Part shown: one piece after another, positions 1 through 10,548 of the stretch
Numbering within the stretch: position 1 is the first letter of the stretch
Layout of the letters: every line of letters starts with the position of its first letter
NCBI GenBank assembly: GCA_000934665.2
Contig: KZ538379.1
Span: 62,001 to 115,387, forward strand
Length of the DNA: 53,387 nucleotides
Source of the DNA: Catajapyx aquilonaris
Taxonomy: Eukaryota
Direction of reading: 5' to 3'
Notes under the pieces: generated by a model
The model's database searches: none
What the model saw: the letters and a program-made list of their open reading frames with translations, nothing else
What the model was told of the DNA's origin: nothing
Position numbers and translations under genes: made by a program

Positions 1-94
1 AATCTTGTATTATGTATAAATCCGAGTTTCGTTTCGAAAAATTCTAAAGTTTCATTGTTGGCAACAATGGTTCCCATGGCAATTATTGCTATAA

Positions 95-96
95 TA

Positions 97-170
<74 letters not shown>

Positions 171-402
171 TAATAATCCGGGGTAGTGCTTGACCTCATC
201 TGAGGTATGCAGCACGGACCTTTATTTATTACATCAAGTAGTACATTTGAGCCTTTTTACGTAGCGCCCGGGCCCACGGGCAGGATGACAGGAGGGGATG
301 TGCAAGGTGCAGTGCAATGTCTTAATGTGTCAATTTTTAGTGAACTCCCCCGGGTGGTTTAGTCTGTGGAAATACCATCCGAGACGAAGCCAGAGGTGAC
401 CA
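95..402 (-). mobile_element. 5'-truncated SINE (family A) with (ATT)n tail
   Basis: Body matches the element at 4945-5266 (gcacggacc.ttattt, ggcccacggg.aggatgacagga, ccgagacgaagccagaggtg). (AAT)n at 91-177. 14-bp TSD AATTATTGCTATAA at 81-94 and 403-416. Confidence 0.8.
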
Positions 403-435
403 AATTATTGCTATAACCGAGGTTCTAAGTTATAC

Positions 436-805
436 CAGGGAGCATAATATAGCCTACTACATAAGAGGCGCAAACATTCGATTTCCGCGTCTCTCTGTTT
501 GGGGCGTTGCCAAGGCTGGCGGCCATTTTGAAGTGTGGGGAACGCCAACGAGGTGTAAATGAGGTACAGGCACAAATAGGGTCCGCCATCTTTGATTCGC
601 GCGTATTCTTGCCGTGTAGTTGCCATGGCCGCCAAAACCATCAAATATGGCGTACCCTATTTTTGCCTGTACCCCATTTATACCTCGTTGGCGTTCCCCA
701 CACTTCAAAATGGCCGTCAGCCTTGGCAACGGCCCAAAACAGAGAGACGCGAACATCAAAGGCGCCGACAGAAGTTTGCGTCTCTTATGTAGTATATGCT
801 CCCTG
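436..805. mobile_element. Foldback MITE with 7-bp TSD (P/Galileo-like), copy 1
   Basis: Near-whole-length palindrome with termini CAGGGAGCATA...TATGCTCCCTG. TSD GTTATAC at 429-435 and 806-812. Second copy at 49330-49692. Confidence 0.88.
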
Positions 806-1220
806 GTTATACTGAGCTCGGTGAAACTGGCCCTTAGTCACATTCACAGTTTTTGTCATATGATAGCTCTTGAATTGCCTGTAAGAGTTAAACAGCAATT
901 AGGAATGTGCTGCTATTGTTGAGTAAAAACAGGCGAGTGTGTGGACACCTCCAACAATGGCAGGCGGGGCAAAACAAATTACAATTTAATTGGTATGAAC
1001 CGCGTTTACAGTAGGTGTGACAAATGACAATGAGAAAGGACAACTTGCTGGTGTAAACGTGGTGTAGGTAGATGAATAACAAAATTCAACTATAGCATGT
1101 TGGTTACCACGAGTGTACTGTTTAATTACGATGTCATTGTTTAACGAAAGGGGATAACTGTTGTGTGCACTGTTGTGTTGTCCTAACATATTGTTTTGTT
1201 CTTGACACGATTTGACATAG

Positions 1221-1406
1221 GTGGCGTGGATCAAGGCGGACACGAAGGCGATCCTGGCCATCCACGACCACGTGATCACCAACAATGCTCGTCTGATTGT
1301 CACCCACACCGACGCCGTCACGTGGACACTGCAGATACGCGGCGCCCTCCGTTCAGACAGAGGAGTCTACATGTGCCAGGTCAACACAGACCCCATGAAG
1401 AGCCAG
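1221..1406 (+). CDS. DIP-beta: Dpr-interacting protein (DIP-beta-like, lachesin/IgLON-related) internal exon: C-terminal part of Ig1
   Basis: Acceptor TAG at 1218-1220, donor GTCAGT at 1407, 186 nt, phase 0/0. Translates VAWIKADTKAILAIHDHVITNNARL...DRGVYMCQVNTDPMKSQ, the DIP Ig1 signature. VAWIKAD..AILAIH recalls DIP-beta rather than DIP-alpha (VGWLKADTKAIQAIH); this comparison is from memory. Confidence 0.95.
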
Positions 1407-1934
1407 GTCAGTCCGTATCTCTTTTTGTCCGGGGTGAGTCATCAGTACTGGTAGTGTCATCTGTGTGGCTTTTGGGTGACCGCACCAATACTGCTAGATG
1501 TATGAAGTGGCAGGAGTATGCCATCTACGTCAGAGATACGGTACTACGTGGTCAATATAAGTACCACGTTCATTAGTAGTACAGTGTACTACAAAACTAC
1601 AAACGCAAAACAATAGTTGCGCAAGGCATCAATATAATTTTATACACTGCGGTGAAGCATTGTTGCCAATACATGATGTTATTTTTCAACGAGTTACATA
1701 GCCACTTGTCATTCCCAGTTACCCGCCGGACTAACCGCCGATTAAATCGATGGGCTGATAAATAATTAAACAAATTGGTAGGTCAGTAATGACAACGCGG
1801 ATGTACACAGCCGATAGTGAATTACTGCATTGAAGCGGATGATTTGACGTATACAACTAAAGGGTAAAGTCGCCCAACGTAAAACGTTCCGTTAAAGTGG
1901 CATGAACATATCCTGGGCACTGGGTCACCCGCAG

Positions 1935-1972
1935 AACAAGAGAGGCTCTTGGGTTGCCATGGAGAGTCAGGA
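1935..1972 (+). repeat. Short dispersed repeat (second copy 15181-15220, minus strand)
   Basis: acaaga.aggctcttgggttgcc.tg...ag.caggat is shared in opposite orientation. Confidence 0.55.
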
Positions 1973-2743
1973 TAACCCAAGGTTTTCTCCACATAATTAC
2001 ACAGCGAATATTTTAACCTCAGTTTAAGAACAAGTTTTAGTTTTTTCTAACCTGGTTATCTCACCTGTTGATTACGAACAAACCGGTTCAATTCCTCCCG
2101 TTAACGTAACAGTCGGTTACCAGGTGTGAAGTGTTAGAAGCCTTTTAACAATATTAAACAGTACAAAATTTAAAAATTATTGCATTAAAAATTATTAAAT
2201 CCTAATATACAAATGTTCATCTAAAGTTATTTAAATAAATAAATAATAAACAAATAAAATGCAGTAAATAAATAGCAAGAAAAATAATAAATATAATGCA
2301 GTAAATAAATAGAACGATATATAAATAACAAGAAAATAAGATGAAATTTAAAGTGTCAATTTAAAAATGGCACTAATCGCATCAAACACGATACTGATCG
2401 CAATTAAATTCACATTAACTGTCAATCCCGTCTGTAATGTTTTATTCGTAATTAGAATCACATTAGTGCCATTAATTACAATTTAATATTATTTAAACGA
2501 CATTTTCAATTATTGAGAACGATTTCAGTTAATTTAAAGTACAACTCACGGTAAATTGTAAATAAAAATGGAAAAACTAACCTCCGTTGTACACTAAAAT
2601 TTTGTGACTTTAAGCGATTAAACAGGAAGTTGAATAGAACTGCTAAAAAGTAACTTATAATCATTTATTATAAAAATAATGTAGAATTGGTAGGGTGTGC
2701 CCCTGTTTGTCCGAGGCGAGTCATCAGCTAGGTGCATGTAGTA

Positions 2744-2880
2744 CAGTGGTGGAAATTAATAGAGAATCACAAGTATCGCCGCCTGGATGAGATTTTACTT
2801 TACATGAAGCTTCTTCATGTAAAGAAAATGCTCCGCCAGGCGGCGATACTTGTCCGTCTCCATTAATTTCCACTGCACTG
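2744..2880. mobile_element. Short palindromic MITE, Tc1/mariner-type
   Basis: CAGTG...CACTG termini flanked by TA on both sides. Inverted arms gtggaaattaat/attaatttccac, acaagtatcgccgcctgg/ccaggcggcgatacttgt, ctttacatgaag/cttcatgtaaag. Confidence 0.75.
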
Positions 2881-3124
2881 TACTGTACAACCCTCAGAGT
2901 GGCAGTAGTGTGCATATGAGCCATCTATGTGAGGGACATTGTACTAATTGGACAGCGCCCGGGCATTCGTAGCCACATGCAACACCCATTCATCAAAACG
3001 CTTGTAAACAACCCTCTGCGGCTGAGATGCCCCACTTCCAATAACTCACATCCTGCAAGTACTGAAAACCGCTCTCTTGAAAAACTACCAACCGATTTTT
3101 GCACCGGACAAACAACAACAACAT

Positions 3125-3131
3125 TGCCTGG

Positions 3132-3167
<36 letters not shown>

Positions 3168-3169
3168 CC
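3125..3169. repeat. (GCCT)n microsatellite
   Basis: About 11 tandem GCCT units. Confidence 0.95.
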
Positions 3170-3619
3170 ACCCATATATTTATGGCCACTTTGAGCCTGA
3201 CGTGAGTGAGCGGCATGAATTATGCTATTTGATGCCCTCCCCGCCACACCATAGGAAGCTGTAAAAATTAATGCCCTGTTTTGTTGTTGTTCCAACGTTG
3301 TTATTTATTCTCCGCCGGAAGCAACAGATTCCGAGCGATGAGCTGGTTGGCAGGGAGGGGAGGGGCCTGGAGCTGGGTGGTGGGGGGGGGGGGGGGGNNN
3401 NGGGGGGGGGGGGGTAATAATTTATGAATTTTTGCAACGTTTGCTCCATTTTTGCTTACGCTCTTTGTGGTTTGCACCATTTTTGCAACAGTTACAAGTG
3501 TCGTCCCCATCACAAAAAGACAGGCATAATAACAAAAGACCTGACTCGCTTATTGTATTTATTTTATGCGTTGATTTTTATAAGTACCGTAACTCATATA
3601 ATTTTTTTGATTCTATAAG

Positions 3620-4520
3620 ATAATTCTCTATTAATTCATTTTAGTTTTTATATTATTAGTTATTTGCTTGTTAGTCATTATTTACCTTGAAACTTTTCGT
3701 TTATATTATAGTTATTATTTATTGGCTATTGGTTATTAGGTTTGTTGATCCAAAGGTTATTTTCTGAGGTTCTAACTTCTTTAGCAGTTGTTTGATCATT
3801 ATTAGTTATTTGCTTTTCATGAGTTATTCGTTTATTAGTTATCACTAAATCAGTCGCAAAAACAATGGAAACTGCTCGTTTATTACTTATTTTTGTGTTT
3901 TGATTTTGATTAGTCATTCGTTTAATTTCTAATTATTTTAAAAATTGTCTAGTCCTTTATACTAGTTATTTATTTTGGTATTATTCTTTTATTAGTCTTT
4001 TATTAGTTATTTATTAGTTATTTATCAGTCATTTACTATTAGTCATTTCCTTATTAGTTATAATTATAACTTACCTTCCAAGGTTTTTTATTTTAGTTAT
4101 TATCCTAGTTATTATTTATTGGCTACTAGTTATTAGCTTTGTTTATTCAAAGATTATTTACTTAGGGTATTAGTTGTTTAGCAGTTATTTAATCATGTAT
4201 TAGTAGTTTATTTGTATCAGTCATTAATTTGTATTTGTTTTTTCTCACAGATATTAATGTATTAGTTATTGTTTATTTCTCTCGGCTATTAATTTATTCG
4301 CTATTTTATTTTTCTATTATTAATTTATTCGCTATTTTATATTTCTCTTATTAATTTATTCGTTCTTTTATTTCTCTTATTAGTTTATTCGTTATTTGCT
4401 CGTTAATTATATTAGTTAGTTCCTTATCAGTTATTTGCTCGTTTATTACAGTAGTTAGTTCCTTATCAGTTATTTGCTCGTTTATTACAGTAGTTAGTTC
4501 CTTATCAGTTGTTATTCACT
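3620..4520. repeat. T-rich degenerate TTATTAG/TTATT simple-repeat island including a 39-bp unit x3
   Basis: Recurrent ttattagtt. The unit gttatttgctcgtttattacagtagttagttccttatca starts at 4391, 4430 and 4469. Confidence 0.8.
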
Positions 4521-4532
4521 AATTTGAACAGT

Positions 4533-4535
<3 letters not shown>

Positions 4536-4590
<55 letters not shown>

Positions 4591-4865
4591 TCTTACCCCG
4601 TTATCAGCCTTTTTCGGCTCTATAGGAGGGATTTTTGTTTTGTCTGGAACTCTTGCGTACATTTTTACTTTGCTTTTTGGGATAGGACAGGGAAGGAATG
4701 AGGCGGCTGTGGCCTATTAATTTAGGAAGCGACCCCGGAATTCTCCTGGAGGGACCGTGGGAAACCACAGAAAACCATGGTTAGAGTTGCCGCCCCCGGG
4801 GCTCGAACCCAGGACCTCCCGATTAGCAGTCGGACCCTATAGCCACTACACCGAACTGCTTCGGT
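4536..4865 (-). mobile_element. Full-length tRNA-derived SINE (family B) with (ATT)n tail
   Basis: Minus-strand head ggtgtagtggctatagggtccgactgctaatcgggaggtcctgggttcgagcccc has A-box, anticodon-like arm and B-box. (AAT)n at about 4534-4590. 17-bp TSD CTAATTTGAACAGTTAT at 4519-4535 and 4866-4882. Confidence 0.88.
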
Positions 4866-4944
4866 CTAATTTGAACAGTTATTAGAATTTCGATTAGTCA
4901 TCTGCTTATTTCGATTAGTCATTTGCTTATTTCGATTAGTCATT

Positions 4945-4945
4945 T

Positions 4946-4976
<31 letters not shown>

Positions 4977-5266
4977 GCAACAACAACAATAATCATCATC
5001 ATCATCATCATGCTTTCGCCCCCACCTGGGAGCATATCGCACGGACCATTATTTGATGAAAGTACATTTCGTCGCCTATTGATTGAAACGCCCTGGCCCA
5101 CGGGTAGGATGACAGGAAACTTCCCTGGTGGTTTAGTCTATTGGACATACCACCCGAGACGAAGCCAGAGGTGCACAAGATGAAGGTGGTGTCCCCGGGC
5201 GGGATTTGATCCCGGGACCTTAACATCCGTGGGCGCATGCGTTACCGCAGCACCACTTCGTCTCCC
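4945..5266 (-). mobile_element. Full-length tRNA-derived SINE (family A) with (GAT)n/(GTT)n tail
   Basis: Minus-strand head gtggtgctgcggtaacgcat...ccgggatcaaatcccg resembles A and B boxes. Body homologous to 178-400. Possible TSD ATTAGTCATT (4935-4944, 5269-5278), but the flank is repetitive. Confidence 0.78.
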
Positions 5267-5925
5267 TTATTAGTCATTATTTTATTATCAGTCATGTTTA
5301 TTTCTATCAGCATTAATTGATGTGTTTTCAAATTTCGATTCAGAATTTTCCAAGGTACGACCCTTTTCTTTTTAAAACTCTGCAAATCAATAAGAGTTGT
5401 GGGAGGCACAGTTAATTCTCGGTTTAAAGATATCCATCGAAACTCTTTCCGGCCATTTGCCTGAGAAACATGGAGAGGGGAGGAGGGGAGGGAGGGTTTT
5501 CTTAATGACAAATTGAATAATCAATAGATATCTACCCCCTTCCACCCCCGTCGCTTTTCCTTAGTCGGGAAGCGGCGGAACATTAGTCGTAAAGGTATAG
5601 AGAGTATTGAGCTAAGTTTGGCGCGTTTATCTTTTCGAGAGAAGGGGTGGTGGTGGGGGGAGGTAAGGGGGTAGGAGCAGTAAAGGATGTGCAGGCTGAA
5701 GCAGCTTCTTCATTAGGCTCCAATACTCTAAGGAAATAGAGTGGTTTTTGGTCACCGGTGGGTTGGGCCAAATAAGGGTCATTCACATGAAAAACGGAGA
5801 GAAATGCGAAAAATTCTCAACCAAAACGTATACGTACTACCATGCAAAATTACTATAAGAACTACTATTAGGTTAATACCTAGCATGCAAAAATAGATAA
5901 TGAGGGAGAGTGGGGTAAGCCCGAC

Positions 5926-6432
5926 CATGGGAAAGTCCGAACACAGGTCATCTCAGAACATGGGGAAAGTTTGAACACAGGCCAAGTCTGAACGCAGGGC
6001 ATGTCCGAAAATGGGGCATGTACGAACACAGGCCAACTTATAACATGGGGAAAGTCCGAACACAGGGCATATCCGAACATGGGGAAAGTCCGAACACAGG
6101 GCATATCCGAACATGGGGAAAGTTCGAACGCAGGGCATGTCCGAGCATGGGGAAAGTCCGAACACAGGGCATATCCGAACATGGGGAAAGTCCGAACACA
6201 GGTCATGTCCGAACATTAGGAAAGTTCGAACACAGGCCAAGTCCGAACATGGGGAAAGTTCGAACGCAGGGCATGTCCGAACATGGGGAAAGTCCGAACA
6301 CAGGGCATATCCGAACATGGGGAAAGTCCGAACCCAGGCCAAGTCCGAACATGGGAAAGTTCGAACACAGGGCCTATCCAAACATGGGAAAAGTTCGAAC
6401 ACTGGCCAAATCTAAACATGGGTCAAGTCCGA
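5926..6432. repeat. 34-bp minisatellite built from two related 17-mers, about 15 units
   Basis: catggggaaagtccgaa + cacagggcatatccgaa, period 34 (for example 6061, 6095). Explains the repetitive ORFs on both strands. Confidence 0.93.
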
Positions 6433-7433
6433 GGGACACTAACCAAGAGAAACGTAGGAGACAAAGTAAAAGAGATACCACCAGTCTTTCCTCTTTCTTT
6501 TTTCCCTCTCCGTTTCTGTCTCCATATGTCCCACTTTTGATCTTCTTATAGACAGAGTCACGTTGCTTTGAATTCTTCCTAATGAACCGAAACCTAAAAC
6601 CAAGAGAAATGGGAAAATACTCAAAAAAAAATGTATGAAACAATTCGTACCCCCTCGTTGCTTATACGTTACATACACATGGCATCGTCCAAAGCGCGTC
6701 GTGAGTAAAAAAAAAAAAGAAGAGCGACACTTTATATACAAACACAGAAATAAACAAGTCTTACAAATCCCGTCATCGATGGTCCTGATGGCCCGAAGGA
6801 AGTTTGGAGAAGCGATGGGGAGGGATAAGTTTAGAGAGAAATTGGTTTTTCTTTCCGTTCGGCTGTTATATGCTTCTGGCCATATCATGAGATCAGCCCC
6901 AAGATCTGTTTCCAATCGGGATTCTATATAGTCAATCAGGTTTTTCTCTTTTCGAGTTTTTTTTTTGTATCTCCACCGATCCTGAACCTGCCCATGGTTT
7001 TCAGATGCAGAAAGAAACTTTTTGTTGGAGTTGAAGGGGGATGGAGGCGGGAAGGATTGGGGGAGGAAGGAGAGGGGGTTTGAATCCACCCTGGCCTCAC
7101 CCGGTTCTAATGAGATTTCGACTCGCATCGAAAGTATGGGCACAATTTTATCATTCTTCCAGGCAAGTAAGAACAAGATTGCATTTAATTTTCAAGAAGG
7201 GAGGGAGGGAGGGAGGAGGGAGGATACCCCCAAATTGAAGGCTTGATTGGGTATTATACCGGGTCTTTAGCCTTCCCAAAGTTTCGGGTTTTTTTTGCGA
7301 ATATTTTGGCGAAGTTGTGTGATGATGATAGCTGTTTACATTCGGAAAGGATGTAGTAAGCGAAACTTTACCTGTCAATCAGGTGTGCGGGAGGAATTTA
7401 GGTGAAAATGGCAACCGGTGTTTACAGCAAATT

Positions 7434-7570
7434 GGCAAAGCCACAATAACGTTCGTTGGCGGCGCACATGACGGTCAGAATCGTTGGCGTACATAAGCTT
7501 GCAGCACACTCACACTCGGAATTGGCTAAAAACATGCAGGGCGACGTACTGTGCCTGGCATGGCCACAAA
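7434..7570 (+). repeat. Dispersed repeat family F2 (other pieces at 1445-1495 minus, 8412-8480, 17368-17510 and 17985-18080)
   Basis: Shared blocks ccacaataacgttcgttg, acactcacac, catgcaggg.gac, gtgcctgg.a.ggcc, actggtgcggt.ac.c..aagcc..acaga.gacac. Confidence 0.65.
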
Positions 7571-7609
7571 GTTGTGTCATCGGATATCATGGCACAGTGA
7601 TGGACATTA

Positions 7610-8270
7610 ATGACATAGCAGTTACTTCAAACAGTTCTTAATAACAACTATTTCCCAAGAACAACATTCTTTTACCAGTTACAAATAACACTTCAAAGTA
7701 GAGGATACCAGACTTAGCAGTTCTTCAAAGTAGCAGCTGCATAATGTAGCAGTTCTTCAAAGTGGCAGCTACATAATGTAGCAGTTCATTTAAACAGTTA
7801 CCGGTTACGCCACTAGCATGTGGTGGCAAAAGAGCGTATCGAAGCTCTTTAAAAATAGCGTCTACTTTGCATTAATTATTTTACCAGTTCTAAATGACAG
7901 TTAAAAGTAGCGACTACTTGACACAGCAGTTACTTAAAACAGTTTTAATAGCAGCTCTTTCAAAATAGCAGCAGTTCTTTTACCAGATCTAAATAATAGT
8001 TCAGTGTAGCGGCTGATTGACATAGCAGCTCCTTTAAACAGGTCTTAATAGCAGCTCTTTCAAAATAGCAGTTCTTTTACCAGCTAAGTTCTAAATAATA
8101 GTTCAATACTGCTTGACATAGCAGGTACTTAAAACAGTTTTCATATAACAGCTCTTTCAAAATAGCAGCAGTTTTTTACCAGTTCTAAATAATAGTTTAA
8201 AGTAGCGGCTACCAGTCTTAGCAGTTCTTTCAAAGTAGCAACTGAAATATAATGCAGGAGTTCATTTAAA
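7610..8270. repeat. Degenerate TAGCAGTTCTT-rich satellite island, related to 10790-12480
   Basis: Recurrent agcagttctt, tcaaagtagcagcta and ttttaccagttctaaataa. Confidence 0.75.
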
Positions 8271-9122
8271 CAATACTGCTGGCACCACGAGCCGATGGCG
8301 GCAAAAGGGCGAATCGAAGCGATGTGTTTGCTACGTCATCACATTGATTTGCTAATTTGCCCCCATCGGCTTGTAGCCACACTAGTACGACGCCATTAGT
8401 ATCCAGCACTGTACCGTGCCTGGCATGGCCCCAATGCATCACTGGTGCGGTTACCCATAAGCCGTACAGACGACACCAACCCAAGCAATCCACCAATTTC
8501 GTACCCATTTCGTACCCATTCATGGTCTAGAGCGTAGAGAATCGCTCTTACGTGAAACGCACTTTCCAGACGAGTTTCTCAAATCATCATCACGCTCTAT
8601 TTTATGCACAAGTGACTACTTTGTATCAGTAGTTAGAATAGGTATTGTTGTGTGGTGGGGAGAGGGAGGGGGGAGGAAGAGGTGGTGCAGGGGGTGGGTG
8701 ACAATTTCCTTCAAAAGCCTTTTCTTGGAAGGCCTCGATTCTGAGATAGGCGAAGGCTTGGGCTAGAATAGGCGTCTTTGGCTTTGGGTTTTCCTCAATA
8801 TTCCTCTTCCTCCCCTCCTTCCCTCCCTCCCTCCCCATTTAGAAGTAAGTTGGCGCTGACAGGCTCATTGTCCCGTCAATAGATGCGTAGAGAAGGTGGG
8901 GTAGGGAGAGGCTGGCAGAGATCCGTGTCGGCAATTAGGATCGCTGCTGTTCGGCTCTTCCAACCAGAGAGAGATGAAAGTTGGTTGTGGGGGGAGAGTG
9001 GGGAGAGGCTGGGATGGGAAGCCTCTCTTTCTGGACCGTTGAAGCGAATAATTTACCCTCGATTTTCGACAAACTATGTCCGGTGCGCATGCGCCACGTC
9101 GAGCTCTGTAAGTTTTAAAGTA

Positions 9123-9378
9123 ATCTCTCTATATCGTATATCTTTATCTATATGTCTGTATAAAAGGTTTTGTTTGTGTGCTTTCCGGGCTACCTATCCC
9201 ACTTCCGGATTACATAGAGTGATAGTAGGCCAGACAGTGATTGTGTTAAAAATCAGAAAACCACATTTTTTCGGGCATAAACTCTCAACATGTTTGTGCT
9301 CAGGTTCCGGTAAATGCCACCGGATGGCGCTGGCAACCAGTTCGGGCCGCCAGCAACAGATGGCGTGGCCATTCACTG
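9123..9378 (+). mobile_element. Dispersed repeat, possibly a degenerate non-autonomous Helitron
   Basis: Starts TCT..TATA..TATAAAAGGTTTTGTTTGT and has a GC hairpin near the 3' end (ggccgcca...tggcgtggcc), but no CTRR terminus. The middle (9218-9326) is homologous to 18832-18948 on the minus strand. Confidence 0.4.
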
Positions 9379-9387
9379 CATCTGATC

Positions 9388-9547
9388 GAATCTACGACTT
9401 TTGGCTGCCGGTCAACTGGCTGCCGTGACATTAGGTGGACCAATTTAATCAGCAACTAAAAGGCAGCATCCATGTGTCATGGCAGCCAAAAGACGGGCAG
9501 CCAAATGACCTGGCTGCCAGTTGTCCCGCAGCCAGTTGTCGGGATAC
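9388..9547. mobile_element. MULE/MuDR-type MITE with 9-bp TSD
   Basis: TSD CATCTGATC at 9379-9387 and 9548-9556. G...C termini with imperfect TIRs (gaatctacgacttttggctgc versus reverse complement gtatcccgacaactggctgc). Internal TGGCTGCC/GGCAGCCA subterminal repeats. Confidence 0.7.
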
Positions 9548-9598
9548 CATCTGATCGTATAAAATAAAATGAAACTCATTAAATCGTTTGTTGCGCAG

Positions 9599-9791
9599 AC
9601 GGCCTATCTGGAAGTGGTGATACCTCCAGATATCATCTACGAGGAGACTTCAGGTGACGTGATGGTTCCAGAGGGAGGGTCGGCTAAGTTGACCTGCAGA
9701 GCCAGGGGATACCCAAAGCCCCGTATTGCCTGGCAGAGGGAAGACAGCGCCAACATCATCGTCCGAGAAGGTCCTGTCTCCAAGAAGAAAG
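9599..9791 (+). CDS. DIP-beta: DIP-beta-like exon: end of Ig1 and first half of Ig2
   Basis: Acceptor CAG 9596-9598, donor GTCAGT 9792, 193 nt, phase 0/1. Translates TAYLEVVIPPDIIYEETSGDVMVPEGGSAKLTCRARGYPKPRIAWQREDSANIIVREGPVSKKK and continues directly from ...DPMKSQ. Confidence 0.95.
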
Positions 9792-9852
9792 GTCAGTACG
9801 CCCACGAACAAACAAACAAACAAATTATTGTAAAACAATATTTATCCACCAG

Positions 9853-9981
9853 TACGGACCTTCGAGGGCGAGGTGCTGACTTTGAGCAAGATAACCCGGT
9901 CAGAAATGGGTGCGTACATGTGCATCGCTACCAATGGTGTTCCACCATCGGTCAGCAAGAGGATGATGGTCCACGTGCACT
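9853..9981 (+). CDS. DIP-beta: DIP-beta-like exon: second half of Ig2
   Basis: Follows a 61-nt intron (9792-9852, GT..CAG), donor GTGAGT 9982, 129 nt, phase 1/1. Translates (V)RTFEGEVLTLSKITRSEMGAYMCIATNGVPPSVSKRMMVHVH. Confidence 0.95.
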
Positions 9982-10483
9982 GTGAGTATATTTTCCATCT
10001 AATTATTTCAACCAAGTTGTTTGTTCACGACAGCAGTCCCTGGCAGATTATATGATCACCCCCCTTTTGCTGTCCCCCTTGTTACGCTTTCTACCTTCTA
10101 CCCTACACCCCCTCTAATTCCACATGTAGTCGTGCATATTTCATGCGCTAAGAGTCCTGTCCTGAGAAGTGCATGAGACCAGCATCACTTCTCGCCAATT
10201 ATTCATCCCAGGGCTTATTCCGTAGGTGGAGAGGCAGCAGGGCCCGGATGTTAATTAGGGCTAAGCACACGCAGTGCGAATTGAGTACACTGTCCTTCGC
10301 TCTGGCTCTGTCTCCTACTCCATTTTTTTTATACCCTCGTCCACTAGGCCGTTTTTTACCGGGACAGGACAGAAAAGCTGCAAAATGCATGCGGACAATG
10401 TAGGGTCATTCACATGAACGAAGGCCAGCTCTTCCAATTGTTGAGTGAGCACCGGATCATACGAGCAGTGCAGCTGTTCGTGA

Positions 10484-10548
<65 letters not shown>

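Noticed and set aside
411..922. Mirror-image ORFs on both strands, also at 49279-49729
   Set aside because: Artefact of the palindromic MITE; no transposase-like motifs.
3380..3414. Poly-G tracts with N gaps (also about 16517-16547, 44127-44163, 52071-52115) as G-quadruplex elements
   Set aside because: The true sequence is unknown; Ns beside G runs indicate assembly gaps at homopolymers.
4790..4865. Functional tRNA-Ser(GCT) gene on the minus strand
   Set aside because: No proper acceptor stem and no long variable arm. It is fused to a body, a repeat tail and a 17-bp TSD, so it is a SINE head.
5880..6551. Repetitive ORFs (MGKVRTQGISEH..., CVRTFPMFG...) as a repeat or zinc-finger-like protein
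   Set aside because: They are translations of a 34-bp tandem unit, not a multiple of 3, open in several frames on both strands, with no splice context.
6439..7176. Longest ORF in the track (245 aa, minus)
   Set aside because: Low-complexity sequence crossing homopolymer runs, with no domain signature, antisense within an intron.
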